A stretch of 64,000 nt of DNA, taken from assembly GCA_037379345.1 (NCBI GenBank), contig CM074518.1, positions 4,650,001 through 4,714,000 of the forward strand, written 5' to 3'. Positions 26,831 to 40,825 of this stretch are shown here, piece by piece (within the stretch, counting starts at the first letter, position 1; every line of letters begins with the position of its first letter). This stretch comes from Perna viridis (Eukaryota). Below the pieces are notes generated by a model. That model did no database searches, had not been told where the DNA came from, and saw only the letters and a program-made list of their open reading frames with translations. The position numbers and the translations under genes are program-made.

Positions 26831-27867
26831 GAAATGCTGACAAGTTCTTTGAATTTGACGACATAGGCATTTTGCCATATTTTTTAGCCACGCCCTTTAA
26901 TTGCCGAAACTTTTTACTGGTTTCCAAATACACTAAGAAATGGAGCTAATTCACAATTGATTACGTATACAGTATGGATCCCCGTTAAAACTGCTGATTT
27001 AATATTGTGAATTAAAAACATTAATGTAATTCGTTTTGTTTGGTTAAACCCACCCCAAGTCGTATATACCGTATATTTTAATCAGCTTTTAAATTAATGC
27101 TTAATAAATCAACTCTAGTAAAAGTCTAGTAAAAATGATTAGAAAAATTCCACATTCTACACTGAATCCAAACGCCTTCTCTTATTCTAGAAATATGGTA
27201 TTAGGATTTCTTTCAGCTGTTTTAAGTTAAACGCTGCCAAAAATATATTTATCAGGTTTGAGACACTTTAAAATTATTCGTTTTAAAACAAAACTGCTAA
27301 ATTTATTACTACATGTTTAACCCATTTCAAATGACGTCCCAAAGTATTGCTCCTGTTAATGTTTAAATATCGTGCATAGTAGGTGGTTTGCATCGCCATA
27401 TTGTAGACTTCTGTGTCGATTGTAACTAAGGGACAAAAGATCTAAATGATTTGCTTTATGTCATATATGTGCGCGTTCCCTTCCCCGTCTATGTTTACAT
27501 CTTATCTAGTAAAATGTGCCTTAAAATTGTGTAGTGATAAGGAGTCCATTTCCCCTTGGCCTGGTGGCAGCGACGATTCATCTCACGTCTTCTGTGCAGT
27601 TGCAAGTCACAGACGTTAACGTCCAGTTTTACAATGGCAATGAACGTGCAATGACCAGTCATGCTTGACTAAAAATGAAACCGTTTACACTTTTGAAAAC
27701 TTGAAACAAACCCTAACATACGCTATTTCTTTGGATAAATACTTTTCCCCATTTCACGTATCTGGAACAAAGTGGAAAAAGGACCAAAACCTCGCTCTAC
27801 CAGGGTTTCGCTGACGACGGCAATGGAGTGCCGGAAGCCAACAGGTTAACAAAAAAAACAGAAAGTC

Positions 27868-28332
27868 TGTTTGTTGGGGTTTAACGTCCGAGCAACAATA
27901 TTTCAGCTATTTTCAGCCGATGAACATGAAATTGATGATAAAATGAACATGAAATGATGATGAAATGAAAAAGGGATGGGACACAAGGACAATGGGGTCG
28001 ACAAATTTTGATTGCCACTGGAAATAGGGAGAGGTGGGTAGGGTCGGTCAATTTAGCCTCCTGTGGCGGAACCCTATGGTTCCTACTCCGGGAGGATTCC
28101 ACAGTAGGGTTCTTTAACGTGCGAGGAACGTGGTATCTTTCCCAACACGGTGCACCACTATGGTTTACGGTCAGGTTTTCTGTATTATAGTCTGACAACC
28201 CCAGCATGTAACACGCCAGGGGTACCCCATTCCACCACCTGGGGCACACACCCCAGTTGCTCTGTGGGCAGAGCGCCCTAGCCCCCGGCTAGTGTTCTGA
28301 GCACTATTTAGTTGCCTTTTACGACAAGCTTA
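27868..28332 (-). mobile_element. SINE copy 1 (5'-truncated)
   Basis: Near identical to 52803-53319; ends within the GTCGTAAAAGGC head motif. Confidence 0.9.
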
Positions 28333-28334
28333 TT

Positions 28335-29760
28335 TCTCCCGTATACGTATCCGAATTTCTCAGAAAGGTTAGATCTCTATGTTCATTTCGTCTTATTGTC
28401 GCTGCCGATCAGTGAACGGAAATTAGAAGAAAAACGAATTGTTACATGCCGCGACGAGAAACTTGCTAGTGTATCTGACGTCATATTGAACAGTTGGCCC
28501 GATTCGCGTAAGGAATGTTCTCCTTTAATTATCTATTTTTGAACTATCGCGATGAATTATCGTTATTTGAGGAGTGATTTCGAAATGGGAGCAAAATCTT
28601 TATGCATAAATCACTCAGTAGTGAGATTCTCGAGAAAGTTCATACTGGCTGGTCATATGGTTATAAAACAATACCTAAGTCCTGATAGGTATATAATATG
28701 TTCTGGCCGAAAATGTCAATGGACATACATAACCTCGTTTTAGAGATGCCATATATGTTTAGAGTCAAGAAGGTCAAACCAAAAGGAACCGTTAATTAGT
28801 TTCAATATACCCGAAAAACCCTGGCACCTGGTTGTTGCTACGGATTTGTTTGCAATTGGGGGTCAAGACTACATTATTGTAGTTTATTTTCTAAGCTTCG
28901 CAGCACGAGCAGCAGTATAACTATCAATGTGCTCAAATCCATATTTTCAAGATTAGAAATCCCTAAAAAAGAATGTGTCCAACAAATGTCCACAGTACTC
29001 GTCATACTAATTCAAGGACTAAAGTAAAGACTGGCACCGGTCCTCTGTTAGCAGCTCTAGAATATCGTATAACTCCTATGTCGGATAACGATTTCGCCCC
29101 TCCAAAGTCTTAATGAGTATAAAACGCATGTCTGTTATTCCCTGTTTGCCTGTTCAATTTTTTCCCGAAAGCCCGGATTTACCCAAAATCAAGAACTTTA
29201 TGGAGCAGAAGCTTCATTATGTTTGAAAAGCAAAACCATTGAAGCCAATTGGTCCACATGAAATGGTGATAATTCAGGTTGAGAACAAAACTTGGAAGCC
29301 AACTTTAGTAGTTAACAAACATAACACAATATCATATACAATACAAACTGCTGATGGTTCAAAATACAAAAGAAATCGTAGTCATTTACTTAAAACAAAT
29401 GAACCAGCTTTGTGCCAACTATAAATGATTGAGTCTTTCCCTAATGTTTTGGATAGTCAACATTCTAGTCCCACGATAGTTAAAGATCGTGATCATGAAA
29501 CTTAAGATGTTAAGAAAACTGATAGGTCACTAAAATCCAAAAGTGATGCTGTTACTAGTCAAGGTTTTCAAAGTGAATTTTGAAACGACAATTCAATCAT
29601 ATTGAATGAAGTGTTTACATAGACATTATTTTCTAGAACTGAGGGAGATGTAACATTATAATTTGGTTTTAAAGATTGCACTTTAATCTATTTGTCAAAA
29701 TTTACTATAGAGTTATCTAACTTTGTTTTTATTTCTAGAATTATAGATCGATGGAAGCAC
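28335..29760 (+). mobile_element. Decayed second Gypsy fragment (integrase region, PPT and LTR start)
   Basis: GH..CHIC, PEKPW..ATDLF and YKRNRSHL remnants; GAGGGAGA then TGTAAC at ~29641-29654. Confidence 0.65.
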
Positions 29761-32700
29761 GTGGTATTTTTTCCTGTTTAGCCCAAGTCCTGACCACTAA
29801 AGATTTACAAAAAACTCAACATTTGTAGACAGCATATGGCAAACAATACAAGCACTATTGTACACTTTTTAACTTTGCCTCTATACGTTATGAACCTGGG
29901 AAACGGCCTAAAGACCTGTCACGGAGAACTAATGCCGAACATAATTCATTACGCAGTGATATGGATATATCTCACCATGACGAAGCCATTAACGAAGATG
30001 AAGAATTATCGCCTACAGTTGAAAACATGTATGTTTTGACGTTGCTTTAACTAATCAATCTAAATTTGCCCAAACTAGTAATACGAAGGTATGGAACTGA
30101 ACTCCATTACTCGAACATTGACTTCAATATAACCCAAACTTTCACAAGCCCTTGTTTCTCTTCTCGAGGAAATCAGAACGTTTGAAGGTTCTGTTGCAGT
30201 GCATGTTGCTGTTCAGTGTTTCCAGGTTTAAGTCCGCGCGCACCCAATTCCGATTCAACCATTAAATCATGCCATTTATGAAAAACTGTAGTACGCCCTG
30301 ACTGACATTTCTTAAGCACATTTGTATATGTACCTCAATGTGACCGTAGTTTTATTGCAAAAACTCGAGCAATCGCCGATATTAAAGACAATGATAGTGA
30401 AAATGAAGATGTCGCAGACTTTAACGATACCATTGTTCACGCACTCAATACTGTATCATCAAAACTTGTATAGACTTGTCAATCACCATACTTGGAGGCT
30501 TAGTTTGGCAACATTCCTGTGAGTTTAACCATTGATAGTGGTGCTACCGGAAATATGATACGTGCCTAAACCGCTACACAGCTCAACGCAAAAATTACTT
30601 CCTCTTCTCTGTCGGCTCGACACGATGATGGATCATCTCCACTAGTAATTGTTCGCGAAACCAGGTTGACTTCCACATGTAATAACCATTCTCTGTACTT
30701 CGAAGGTCTTGATGTTCAGATTCTGGATTCAGATGTGTTAGCAGGGATACCATTCATGGAAAGAAATGAAGTATCAATCCGTCGTCACGACGTCAAGTTA
30801 CAATTGGTGATAATTCTGTGTACACTTACGGAACATCTGGTGACCAACCTACAAGCGATGTTATTCGAAGAACTCATACTGTCCGTGGACCCGTAGATTC
30901 TACCTTATGGCCTGGCGATTATATCGATATCGCCGTACCATCAGACATGCTATCTCCAGACGATATGTACTGTATTGAGCCACATACAAACTCCAAATTC
31001 AGTAACTCGTGGCCTCAAACTTCTTTTGTCTACTCTGTTAACCATAGTCTAGGTATACCTTATTTAACTGATGAGCCGATAGCCCCAAAATATATCGACT
31101 ATCTGTGCAACGATCGCACGATATACGTTCCCTCCAAAGAATCGTCTATGTTATGCCCAACTGCAACCAAGTCGAAGCAAACCGGCCAGCATCACTCGGA
31201 TATTGTGCGTATTGACTCCAATGGATTGTTAATTATCGACATGAAAGAGAACTCTCTACTTATATGTACACCATTTGAAAATGTCATTGCCGTAAACGAT
31301 TAAAAACATCATAAACTGGAATGATGACCTCACTGCTGCATTTGCTAATGCTCAGGAAGCTTTTCAGCCGCTTAGATAAAGTGGTCTTGAAGCAACTTTG
31401 TATATCAACAGAAATGATTAACTCTTGCTTGGTGGTTTCTTTATTGCAGGCGTATGAAAAGCTAAGCAGAGGTAAATTCCCGAACAGTCTAAGAATTTAG
31501 ACCTTCATTTATACCGTCAGTCGCCTTGATGTGTCAATTCGTCACGTCAGTATTGCAGCAATATTGCCAACTGAATTCGCCAGTCGCAATGCCCCTGACT
31601 GCAACAATCCAGATTGCCAAGTGTGTAACATCCGTTTCAATTAGAAGGCTACCGTTGGACATATTTCTATGTTAGATATATTAGACGGAAAAGTGAACCT
31701 TGCATTCATCAGAATGATCGTTCGTTTGAGACAAGGAACAAGACCGATCTCTAAAAAGCTCACTATCATTAGAGACGTAAAATGCTACCTTGGCGTTACC
31801 TCGCTTAGTTAGTATTGCATACTTGTTACTGAGAAAAGGGCCCCGTTTGCTCCTCACCGAGAACACATCGTCGTACTCTGTCAAATATTGGACGGTTTTC
31901 TAACTTCGATTAACATCAAATTAAATCATCCTTCTATCTATCAAAGGAAAACTGTCATGGGTTGTTATTTTTTCGCACTTTATCAGAGCTATCGAAAACG
32001 TTACAAATGGATGTCACTAATGTGCTGCGTTACTACAAAATCGAAATTTCCATTACCGATATCTTGAAGCGCAAAATACAGCTTATATTTGTTATCAGGG
32101 AATGCGTTTCTTCATACACACACACACGAAATAGTTAGATTCAGAACGACACCAAGAATTGAGCAATTGTGCAACTCCTAGCAAAAGTTCATCCACTTGA
32201 TGGCTCTTTCGCAGTTATGAGAACAGACTCTGCGCCAGGATTCAAAATCATATGACGAAATTATATCATGTCATCGGTTATCAACAGAATTAGGGCGCCC
32301 AAAAAATGTGAATAAGAATCCAGTAGCCAAAGAGGCTATTCTGAAACTTGAGGACGAAATTCGCCATATTGACCTTTCAAATGGCATTCTCCCTCCACTT
32401 GCATTTTAGTTAGTGGAAATTCGTCTAAGTACACGTATTCGAAATTGAGGCTTTTCTGTGCGTGAAATGGATGAAAATGGAACCATGTTTGCCACGAACA
32501 ATTGCCTATCAGTGACCTTGAATTCATAGACCCACAGAACTATAAACGGAAAAGAAATCATACAAGCAGTGAACAATCTAATTGTCCGTCTGGATATGTT
32601 CCCGAAAGCCAAACTTTGGAAAATTTTTTGACATTTTATACTTGATTAGTGACCACAATATGACCAAATCTCCTGATTGGTACCTCGTAACATCCGTCGC

Positions 32701-35700
32701 AACCCCATGATGTAACATGTAACCGCAAATACCACAAGCCATACAACTCCACCCAAACATCATCTAAACAATGAACAGTTAAGTGAAAACAACGGCCTCT
32801 ACATTCCACAAGATTCAGATTGTAAGGCACTCTAAATAGACTCTGAGTCTACACTTAACACCCCATCGAGACCTGTTCGTAAACGAAATAAACCAAAGAA
32901 GTTCGACGATTTTATCCTCTACTGGATGGGCATTACATAGCTATCGTTCAATTTCAACACGTATTAACTGTTGCGATTACTCATTCATTAATCAAGTTCT
33001 ATGGATGTCTTTCCGTTTACATTAGATTTACGTTGTCTAGATAATGCTAAATTTGGGAGTTTACTACATGTACTTGTGTTTTCAAAATTGAGGACAGTCT
33101 TAAATGTACATTGAAATGATGATTTGAGAAGTGATAAGGCAAAGTGGTAGCGTCATAATGTAGATTTTTGTGCTGATTATAACTAATTTTACGTGATTTG
33201 ATTTAAGTCATATATGTACGCGTTTCTTTCCTTTGTTTATGCTTCTGACCTGTCAAAAGGAAGTCGGCAAAAGTGTACAGAAATTGGATAAATTTCAACG
33301 ATCCTAATTAGTCATTGAATAACACCTTTGGTTAGGTAGTTTTTCATTGGATAACGTTTCATCGGACTGTGGAATATAACGTAAAAAAGAGGGTATTGGG
33401 GTTTGCTCTTCGGATCTCCGAATACGTCGGAAATAAACAAAACATAATCCAGGGACAATGAACACACATGAAAAACAGACACAAACAACAAAGTATACAA
33501 ACTAACCAAATGGATCTATTAACATTAGGAGGACAAAGCATTTATTCACGGTATGAAGTTTTATGAGATTTTAGATGGAAATAACGATTTACTTAATACA
33601 TCATGTAGTCCAGCACGTTTGATTCTGTGACAGGTATTATACGAATAGCAGACCGAGACCGAGATTCGGCAAGAAAATTTTGGAGCATATTTGGAGAGAT
33701 GGATTATCCGAACAAACTACTACCCCCAGATCCGCTTATAGCGTATTATAAACTTCGGTCTTTTTTGTTTAGCAACTGAAAATATAACCACAACTTTATG
33801 TTTATATCATGTATACCAGGGACATATGCAGAGTTTCAGGGGTGTGTGTGTGTGTATGTAGGGGGTAATAGAAGTAAAAGTTAAATGAAGGGAGACAAGA
33901 AACACATTTTGGAGATAAACGTAGGGACGAGTTTTACTCTGAAAACCAAATTTGAACAGGAGCCATAAATTACTTGTCTAACAACAACGACATCCGGGAC
34001 GATAATTATTCTTCTCAATTCAATAGACCATTGATAGTTCCCTACAATCGACGAAGATTATAAAGGGCATTTGTTGTGCATTCACATACGTTAGTAGTTT
34101 TATGAAACAACTTTTCGAGCAACAATAATTTCAGGAAAGAAATAAAGTGTGTTCTCTTAAAAACATCCAAGTTTCTAAAATTGTAGGTCATACATATACC
34201 ATTAGATGGCATAGAGGTTTTGATAAATGATACAATAGTGTACCCTCAATTTCCACAAGGAGATTCCATGCCCTATCTCCATCAATATCTGAAGCGTTTT
34301 TAATTCTAATTGGACTGAACAGGCTTTGTAGTTTGATCCGGATGTTTTAAGGCAGTTGTTATTTTGTTAACAAAAAAATAATTCAAACTTGATTTCCATT
34401 ATCAGTTTTATAAAGATTCTTGACATGCACTCATTGGTCATTTAGCGGTATAGCCATCAAAACTACTTTGCAGTTGTATATATACGAAATGGAAGATTTT
34501 GAATTTAAATGGGATTTGACTGTTACGATTTTAGTCTTCCAGTTACTAGGGTAGCATCCTGAGTTAAAAAATGGCGGCCCTATGCCATCATCTATCATTT
34601 ACAATTTTGCCAAATGAAAGTTTTACACGAAAGTAGCAAAACTATTTAACAAAAGGGGGATTCTTACAATACTGTAGATACAGGGACACATCATGTTTTG
34701 TCCACGCTAGCCTGCCTTTTATTGGGCATTTTTTTATTCCCCTCTAACGTATCCCACAAAAATCAAATGCCTATGAAAAACTCGAAAAACTGTGAGCAAA
34801 ACTCATTTGGTGATACCCCCACTCCCTTAAAATATGCGAAGAGGGATGTTATATGATTATTATATAATCCCTGGTGTAAAGTACATATCAGCGATAAACA
34901 TTAAAAACAAAACTTCTTTTACCGGACCAAAAGTTGTCCATAATATACTGAAGTATTAATAGGCAATTATACCAAGAGAATTCCCATTGCGTCATGTTGA
35001 CTTACATTATCTTAAACACTAGGGACATTCTTTCCTAGAAAAGATCAGACATTTATTATATTTTAGCCCTGAATGTAGACTTTTACAAATGTTGCATGAC
35101 TTTTCTATGAAATAATTATCGTAAAATTCCAATAAAGGTAAGAAAGAGTTGCGCATGCATTTAAAGTCATTATGATGAATTACCTCCCTTTGCAGATTTG
35201 AAATTTATAGACTTCCGTCTTCAATGCCTATTCTTTCTATGACGTTACATGAAACTCATTGTATAATTAAGATTTGTTCTTTTTTTTATTTTGGTGCTTA
35301 CAACCAGAAGTTTGATATTCTTTCTTTACAAACAGCAGACAATCAATATCTTCAGCATGCAATCCAATCATAAGATTATGCGTGACTTGTTAGAAAAAAA
35401 TACTGTAGAATTTTATAAAATGTATTTCAACAATTGTTTAGCTTGTTTTGTCTTTTTAACACTTTCCCATTGATGTAACAATCCATTGGTTCCAGCTTAC
35501 TGTGTCACTAAGACTGTTGTTAACCATAGCTACAAGCAGTGTACTCATTTAACTGGTTCAAATATGTTAATGAAAATGAAAATTGGTGAAATTGGAAGTA
35601 AATCTATGATAAAACAAGAAATATATAAATGGTAAAATCAGGTTTTGAAAAAGCAAAGGAAAAAATCATGTTTGTTAATCTGAGTTCCAGCAAAATGCCA

Positions 35701-36489
35701 CTATTTAAAAAAAATTTCCTTAAATACAGATTTTGCTGATTGTGTGACAAAACAAAATTTAATATACATGTATGACATTTGCATATAAAAATAACTGTTT
35801 CAATACAGTACAAAGTTCACGGCATATTTGTATTTATGTAGATACTCAGACTACAAATAATGTTCTTCGCAATATTTGAAAATAGAAAATTTAAATAGAA
35901 AACTCCTTTTCAAAAATGTTTTTTCTACATCTGCTTAGGTCCAGATTAAGGGTCATGGGTAAAAAGTCATATGCATACTTTTTATGTAGCACACACTTTT
36001 ATATTACTTTAATCTCCTTCGCTATGTATCACTCTGCTATCTTAAAGTGTGTTTAAATGCAGTTTTGTTTTACTAGAAATCATTTACAGATTATTAAAAT
36101 GATCCAATTCATAATAAGATATCTATTTGCTTGGTTTAGTGTCGGAAACATCATTGGAAATCATCACTTCACACTTGTTATAGACGCTTTCTCAGTTTAT
36201 GGCTGTTTTTGGCGCTTTTGGTATATAAAGCGGCAATTCAACGCAAATTTGGTTCAGATCGACAAAGCAATATTAAAATTAGAAAAAAATACAAGGAAAC
36301 AATATTTGAAAGTCCAAGAAAGCTAAGAATTAAAGTTTTGCAAACTAAAACCTTGAAGTTTCAGTTTAATATTGAAGCTTGTGATTTACAAGCAACATTT
36401 TCAACATTATATTATTATAAGTCATGCTGCTACACAGAACATATTCCAGTACAAATGATTGGTCAGATTGGGACAAGTCCAAGAAGGTT

Positions 36490-37730
36490 GTAGGTAATAT
36501 GTCTGTAGATCAAAGAAAATTAAAAAGAGATTGAAAGGACTCTTTCGGGTAGGTTTTCTCCTGCAAATTAAACTGAACTTTATCAAAGGCAGTTGTTTGA
36601 ACGACGTCAACAAAGCAGCGGAAAGCCTTCCTGAGCTAGGCCAGAACATTAAGCGTTCATAGGAACAGTTCATTTACGGACCTAAAGGTGTTGACATTAG
36701 ATTTCGAGTGAAACAAGCTAGACCATATGACTTAAAAGACCCGATACGACATGCAGTCGAATTAGAAGCTTTCATTAAATCCTAACTCAAGATAGAAGAA
36801 AAAGTGGGTTTCTTAAGAACTACTGCATATGAAAGTGACTCTTACAGACAGGCGATAAGACTTAGAGATTAAGAATATGCAAAACAGCTCTGAATGATTT
36901 GCAGCAAGAAGTTAAAACTATAAAACTTAATAAGAATGGGTCTGAACATGGACAACTATCTTAACCACCTAACTGTTCTTGCAAAATCTCTCCATTTAGA
37001 TATGGTACTTCTGGTCACGTCGTTACGGGAGATTTAACCATCATCGAAAACGAATCTCTACATTATATCCTTTCTAAAGGTCCCAACTACCGTGAACCAC
37101 GCTCCATAAATTAGATTTATAACTTTAAAGTTATTATAGATGCCGTGGAGGACTATGCATGAAAATGGATAAAACGAGACCAAGAAGACATTGAGTCTCT
37201 GTCAGAGTGGTTAAAGGCCGTGAGGTCTTTATTTTTTAAACGAATGAGAGTTTTAAGTAGGTCAATGAGTGCCAGGGCTACATCTGTTTTCAAAGCTCCC
37301 GATTTAGCGAAAACATTGTCTACTATACATGACAAATATATATAAATAAATAGGACTGGGACAGCGGGATGCTTTAAATGTGGGAAATGTGATCATTGTA
37401 AAAAAGATTGTCATGACAGTAGAGTGAAAAAAAGTCCACTGAAAGTTCAGGAAACCACATCTGAAAAACAGAATGGTTCAATTGGGGTAAACGAACTGAT
37501 CATGAGACTGAGACTGTTATGTTAAATACCAAAGTCAATGATACACAAGTGAAAATGTTGGTTGACACAATGACAACGGTAACCCTCATTTCAAAGAAAC
37601 TGTTTAATCTTATGCATCCGCATGTAATGACACAAATGGACAGAAAGACTGCCAATGGATCTCTTTTGACGTTGTTTGGGAAAACCATCATTGACATTGA
37701 CATAAATGGCTCGAACATAACATAACTGTA
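36490..37730 (+). mobile_element. Decayed Gypsy gag-protease fragment
   Basis: RFSPAN.TELY, AVELEAF, zinc knuckle CFKCGKCDHCKKDC (~37370) and MLVDTMTTVTLIS. Confidence 0.65.
36960..37340 (+). mobile_element. Penelope-like element internal fragment nested in the Gypsy gag
   Basis: PPNCSC..GHVVTGDL..SKGPNYREP..LSEWLKAV, typical of the region upstream of PLE RT. Confidence 0.7.
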
Positions 37731-40352
37731 GTAGCTGAAAAAAACATTGCCATATCAGTTATATCAATGACATAATTTTGTGATTATCATCAGAAATAAA
37801 TCTTCAGAGAGCCGAAAATTGTGTCATTGATATAACTTAAGGGAATATCAAGACAAAGGGAAAAGAGATCCTTTCATACTTTGAAGGTCAGATAGGTTGA
37901 TATAGAGTATCTATCGCAACGATTGGTCAGTTAACTCATTGAAGCGCAGAACTCGTTTCTAGAAACGCCAGGAATGCAAACATGCCAACAAAAAACAGTT
38001 TGGGTATGGTTGAACAAGGTTAAAAGTAAAACAAAGTAACATGTGATCCGTGTATCAAAACGTTCAAGAAGGTGGCTTTTTACCAACGTTACATGACTAC
38101 ATACCACAGCGATGGTGGTATAACTAAAATGCCAGATATCAATGAAAAGAAAGAAGTTGAGGTGCGTACAACTACAACGATTAATAATTACACTTTCACT
38201 TACACTTACACATCTTCTTTTCTGAAGTCATTCGGACCTATAGTTTTTCTCTTATTTGAATCAGTAAAACATCCAACTCTGAAATGAAACTTCCACAGAA
38301 CATGTACACAAGGCTGCAATGTGGTATAGAATCATCATTATCTTTCTATGCATTTCAAAAGCATAAAACAAGCAACTCTGTTTCTTTAGAGAAGAGTTTT
38401 GCAGATCACAAAAACTAAATATGACTTATAATCAATATGAAAGAATGTATCCCGAAAGGTATCACTGGCTGAAAAACAAGCGCCATGTGTCAAATTTTCT
38501 CTTGAAACCAACAACCATTTCTAACTTGTTTTGGTTGAGAATGATGTCTTTCCAACAACAAGGATTTCTATAATACTTCAGGGAAAACGTCATCAAACTT
38601 CTGCTTGAAACTTGATTCCTCATAACTAGCAACATCTGCAGATTTAAGGAATTAGTCAACCTGCAATCTGTACATGGCCTTTTAAATAATGGGGTATAAA
38701 AACGGTGGCTAACAGTACACCTGATACGGACAAAATGTCCTATCAATGTTGCCCCTCTATGAATCTTCACGGCTAAGTCTTGAATATCATAGCATCATAA
38801 TATACCTTCATGAAAGTGGACAGCACATTCGTGAGAATTTGCTAGTCTTCTGCGCACGGAGTACCCAGTACCAATTCAAATAACAACAATACTTCCACTT
38901 AAGCTTAATCATGCTGTAAGCATGGTAGTTTAGAGCCTACCTGAAACGTCGCATGCAGAAATGGGGTTACTCTGGCTTGCTACATGCTGGGGACGTCAAG
39001 CCATAATACGGAAAACATTTGGACTCCGCAGAGGAAGCTACACTATATGGTGAAGCCTATTTAAAGTAAACCACGAAAATCTAAATAAAATGATTTGCAA
39101 GACGCAGCTTGATATGACAACAGAGGTCTAACCTTGAACAGTTGGGGTAACTTCATACCGTTCAAACTTAACACAGCTTTGAATTTTGATTAAGATTATA
39201 AATCTGAAAAAGGATAAAAAATAACTGCAACCAAAAGAGTTCCAGTCGAAATATGAAATTTAATCCCAAATTTCCTGTGGACATATGGAATATTGTTAAA
39301 AAATTTCAAAGCATTTCATTCCTTTTCACAAAAGTTATTATGAAGTAATCAGAAAAAAAATACTTGTATCTGGTCCTTTATTCATACCTGCTATAAGTTA
39401 CAGCCCAAAAATTAATCAGTCTTCCCCTTGTGTGTATGGCATCTTGTAGTAAAATTTATATAAGATTTTTTCACTTTATTCAAGTTATTATACGAAAATA
39501 ACAGAAGCAGAGACTCCCAGCAATAGTTGGAAATCCCAATAGAACTGATTGAAATCGCTATGTTATGTTGAGGTAAAACAAAGTTCCAAGTTACTGATCA
39601 ATAAAGGAAGTGATATAAGTATAGTAACGCCTGTAAAAGTTGTTAAATCAAACTGAGTGTATCTTTCGATTAACTTTATCCTATACTAAAGTAACAACAA
39701 AAATACACCCCTTGGTCCATAAAGTGTTCAATATGGGACTTGATCAAATTCCCATAACAGGCATAACCCATAACTCCTGCAAAAGATTTGAGGGAGAAAT
39801 ACACATATCCTTTAGTTATATGGTAGAGTTGAACAAACAGTCTTGCTTCTGGTCCATTTACACTGGCCCATTTCTAAACAATTAGTTTTATATCCAAAAA
39901 TTCAATTCAAACTTTTCCTTTTTGTGCAATGTAATATTGCTGTATAATTTTCTAGAAATTCATACATTTTTACTCATTCTATTGTCTGAAAACCAGATAA
40001 ATGTTGGATTCTTTCCCCTTTTCAGCCTTTATTACTCTGTACTTGTAATAACCCCAATAACCAATCATACACATGCACCTGTATGTGGTAATAAAATTGT
40101 ACGAGATCCTTGAGACGCATGATCTTATTGTGTGAGCTGTGTAGTTAAATCTTACGAAAAAGCTAGTTTCTGGTATTTGGTTCTAAACTTAGGTTCGCAT
40201 CAACTCATATGTTTTTCTGATAACTCTGCAATTTTATGTTATCCCCAAAACTAAGTATCGACATTTGACTTTACAGATAATGACCACAAAGATGACACTG
40301 CTGCATGTGTATCTGACCAAAGTAAGTTGGACAGTTATAACTATAATCATGT

Positions 40353-40825
40353 TTGTTGGGGTTTAACGTCCGAGCAGCAATATTTCAGCTATATTCAGAC
40401 GATGAACATGAAATGAAAAAGGGATGGGACACAAGGCCAGTGGGGTCGAAAAATTTTGATTGCCACTGGAAATAGGGAGAGGTGGGTAGGTCGGGCAATT
40501 TAGCCTCCTGTGGCGGAGCCCTATGGTTCCTACTCCGGGAGAATACCACAGTAGGGTCCTTTAACGTGAGAGGAATGTGGCATCTTTCCCAACACGGTGC
40601 ACCACTATGGTTTGCGGTCAGGTTTCCCGTATTATAGCCTGACAACCCCAGCATGTAACACGCCTGGGGTACCCCATTCCACCTCCTGGTGCACACATCC
40701 CAGTTGCTCTGTGGGCAAAGCGCTTTAGCCCCCGGCTAGGGTACTGAGCACTATTTTGTCGCCTTTTACGACAAGCTTAGCGCTGCTGCAGGCCTATTCT
40801 TTTAACACCCGGACCTGCACGGGGT
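40353..40825 (-). mobile_element. SINE copy 2, full length
   Basis: TSD actataatcatgt (40340-40352) / actatgatcatgt (40826-40838). Confidence 0.92.

Larger units (their letters stand above)
27380..33250 (+). mobile_element. Old decayed Gypsy element with nested insertions
   Basis: Related LTR-like segments at ~27390-27500 and ~33145-33245; tRNA-Leu-type PBS TGGTGGCAGCG at 27562-27572; gag remnant at 27700-27865 resumes at ~29800; protease LTIDSGATGNMI at ~30525; integrase remnants to ~32900. Confidence 0.7.

Noticed and set aside
27811-27840. CTGACGA-CGGCA/TGCCG-GAAG as a hammerhead
   Set aside because: GAAG instead of GAAA, no stems I or III, and it lies in a gag coding remnant (ADDGNGVPEA).
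27881-28249. Recurrent ~100-120 aa ORFs (also 40385-40696 and 52822-53190)
   Set aside because: Incidental frames inside SINE copies; indels differ between copies and no domain is recognisable.
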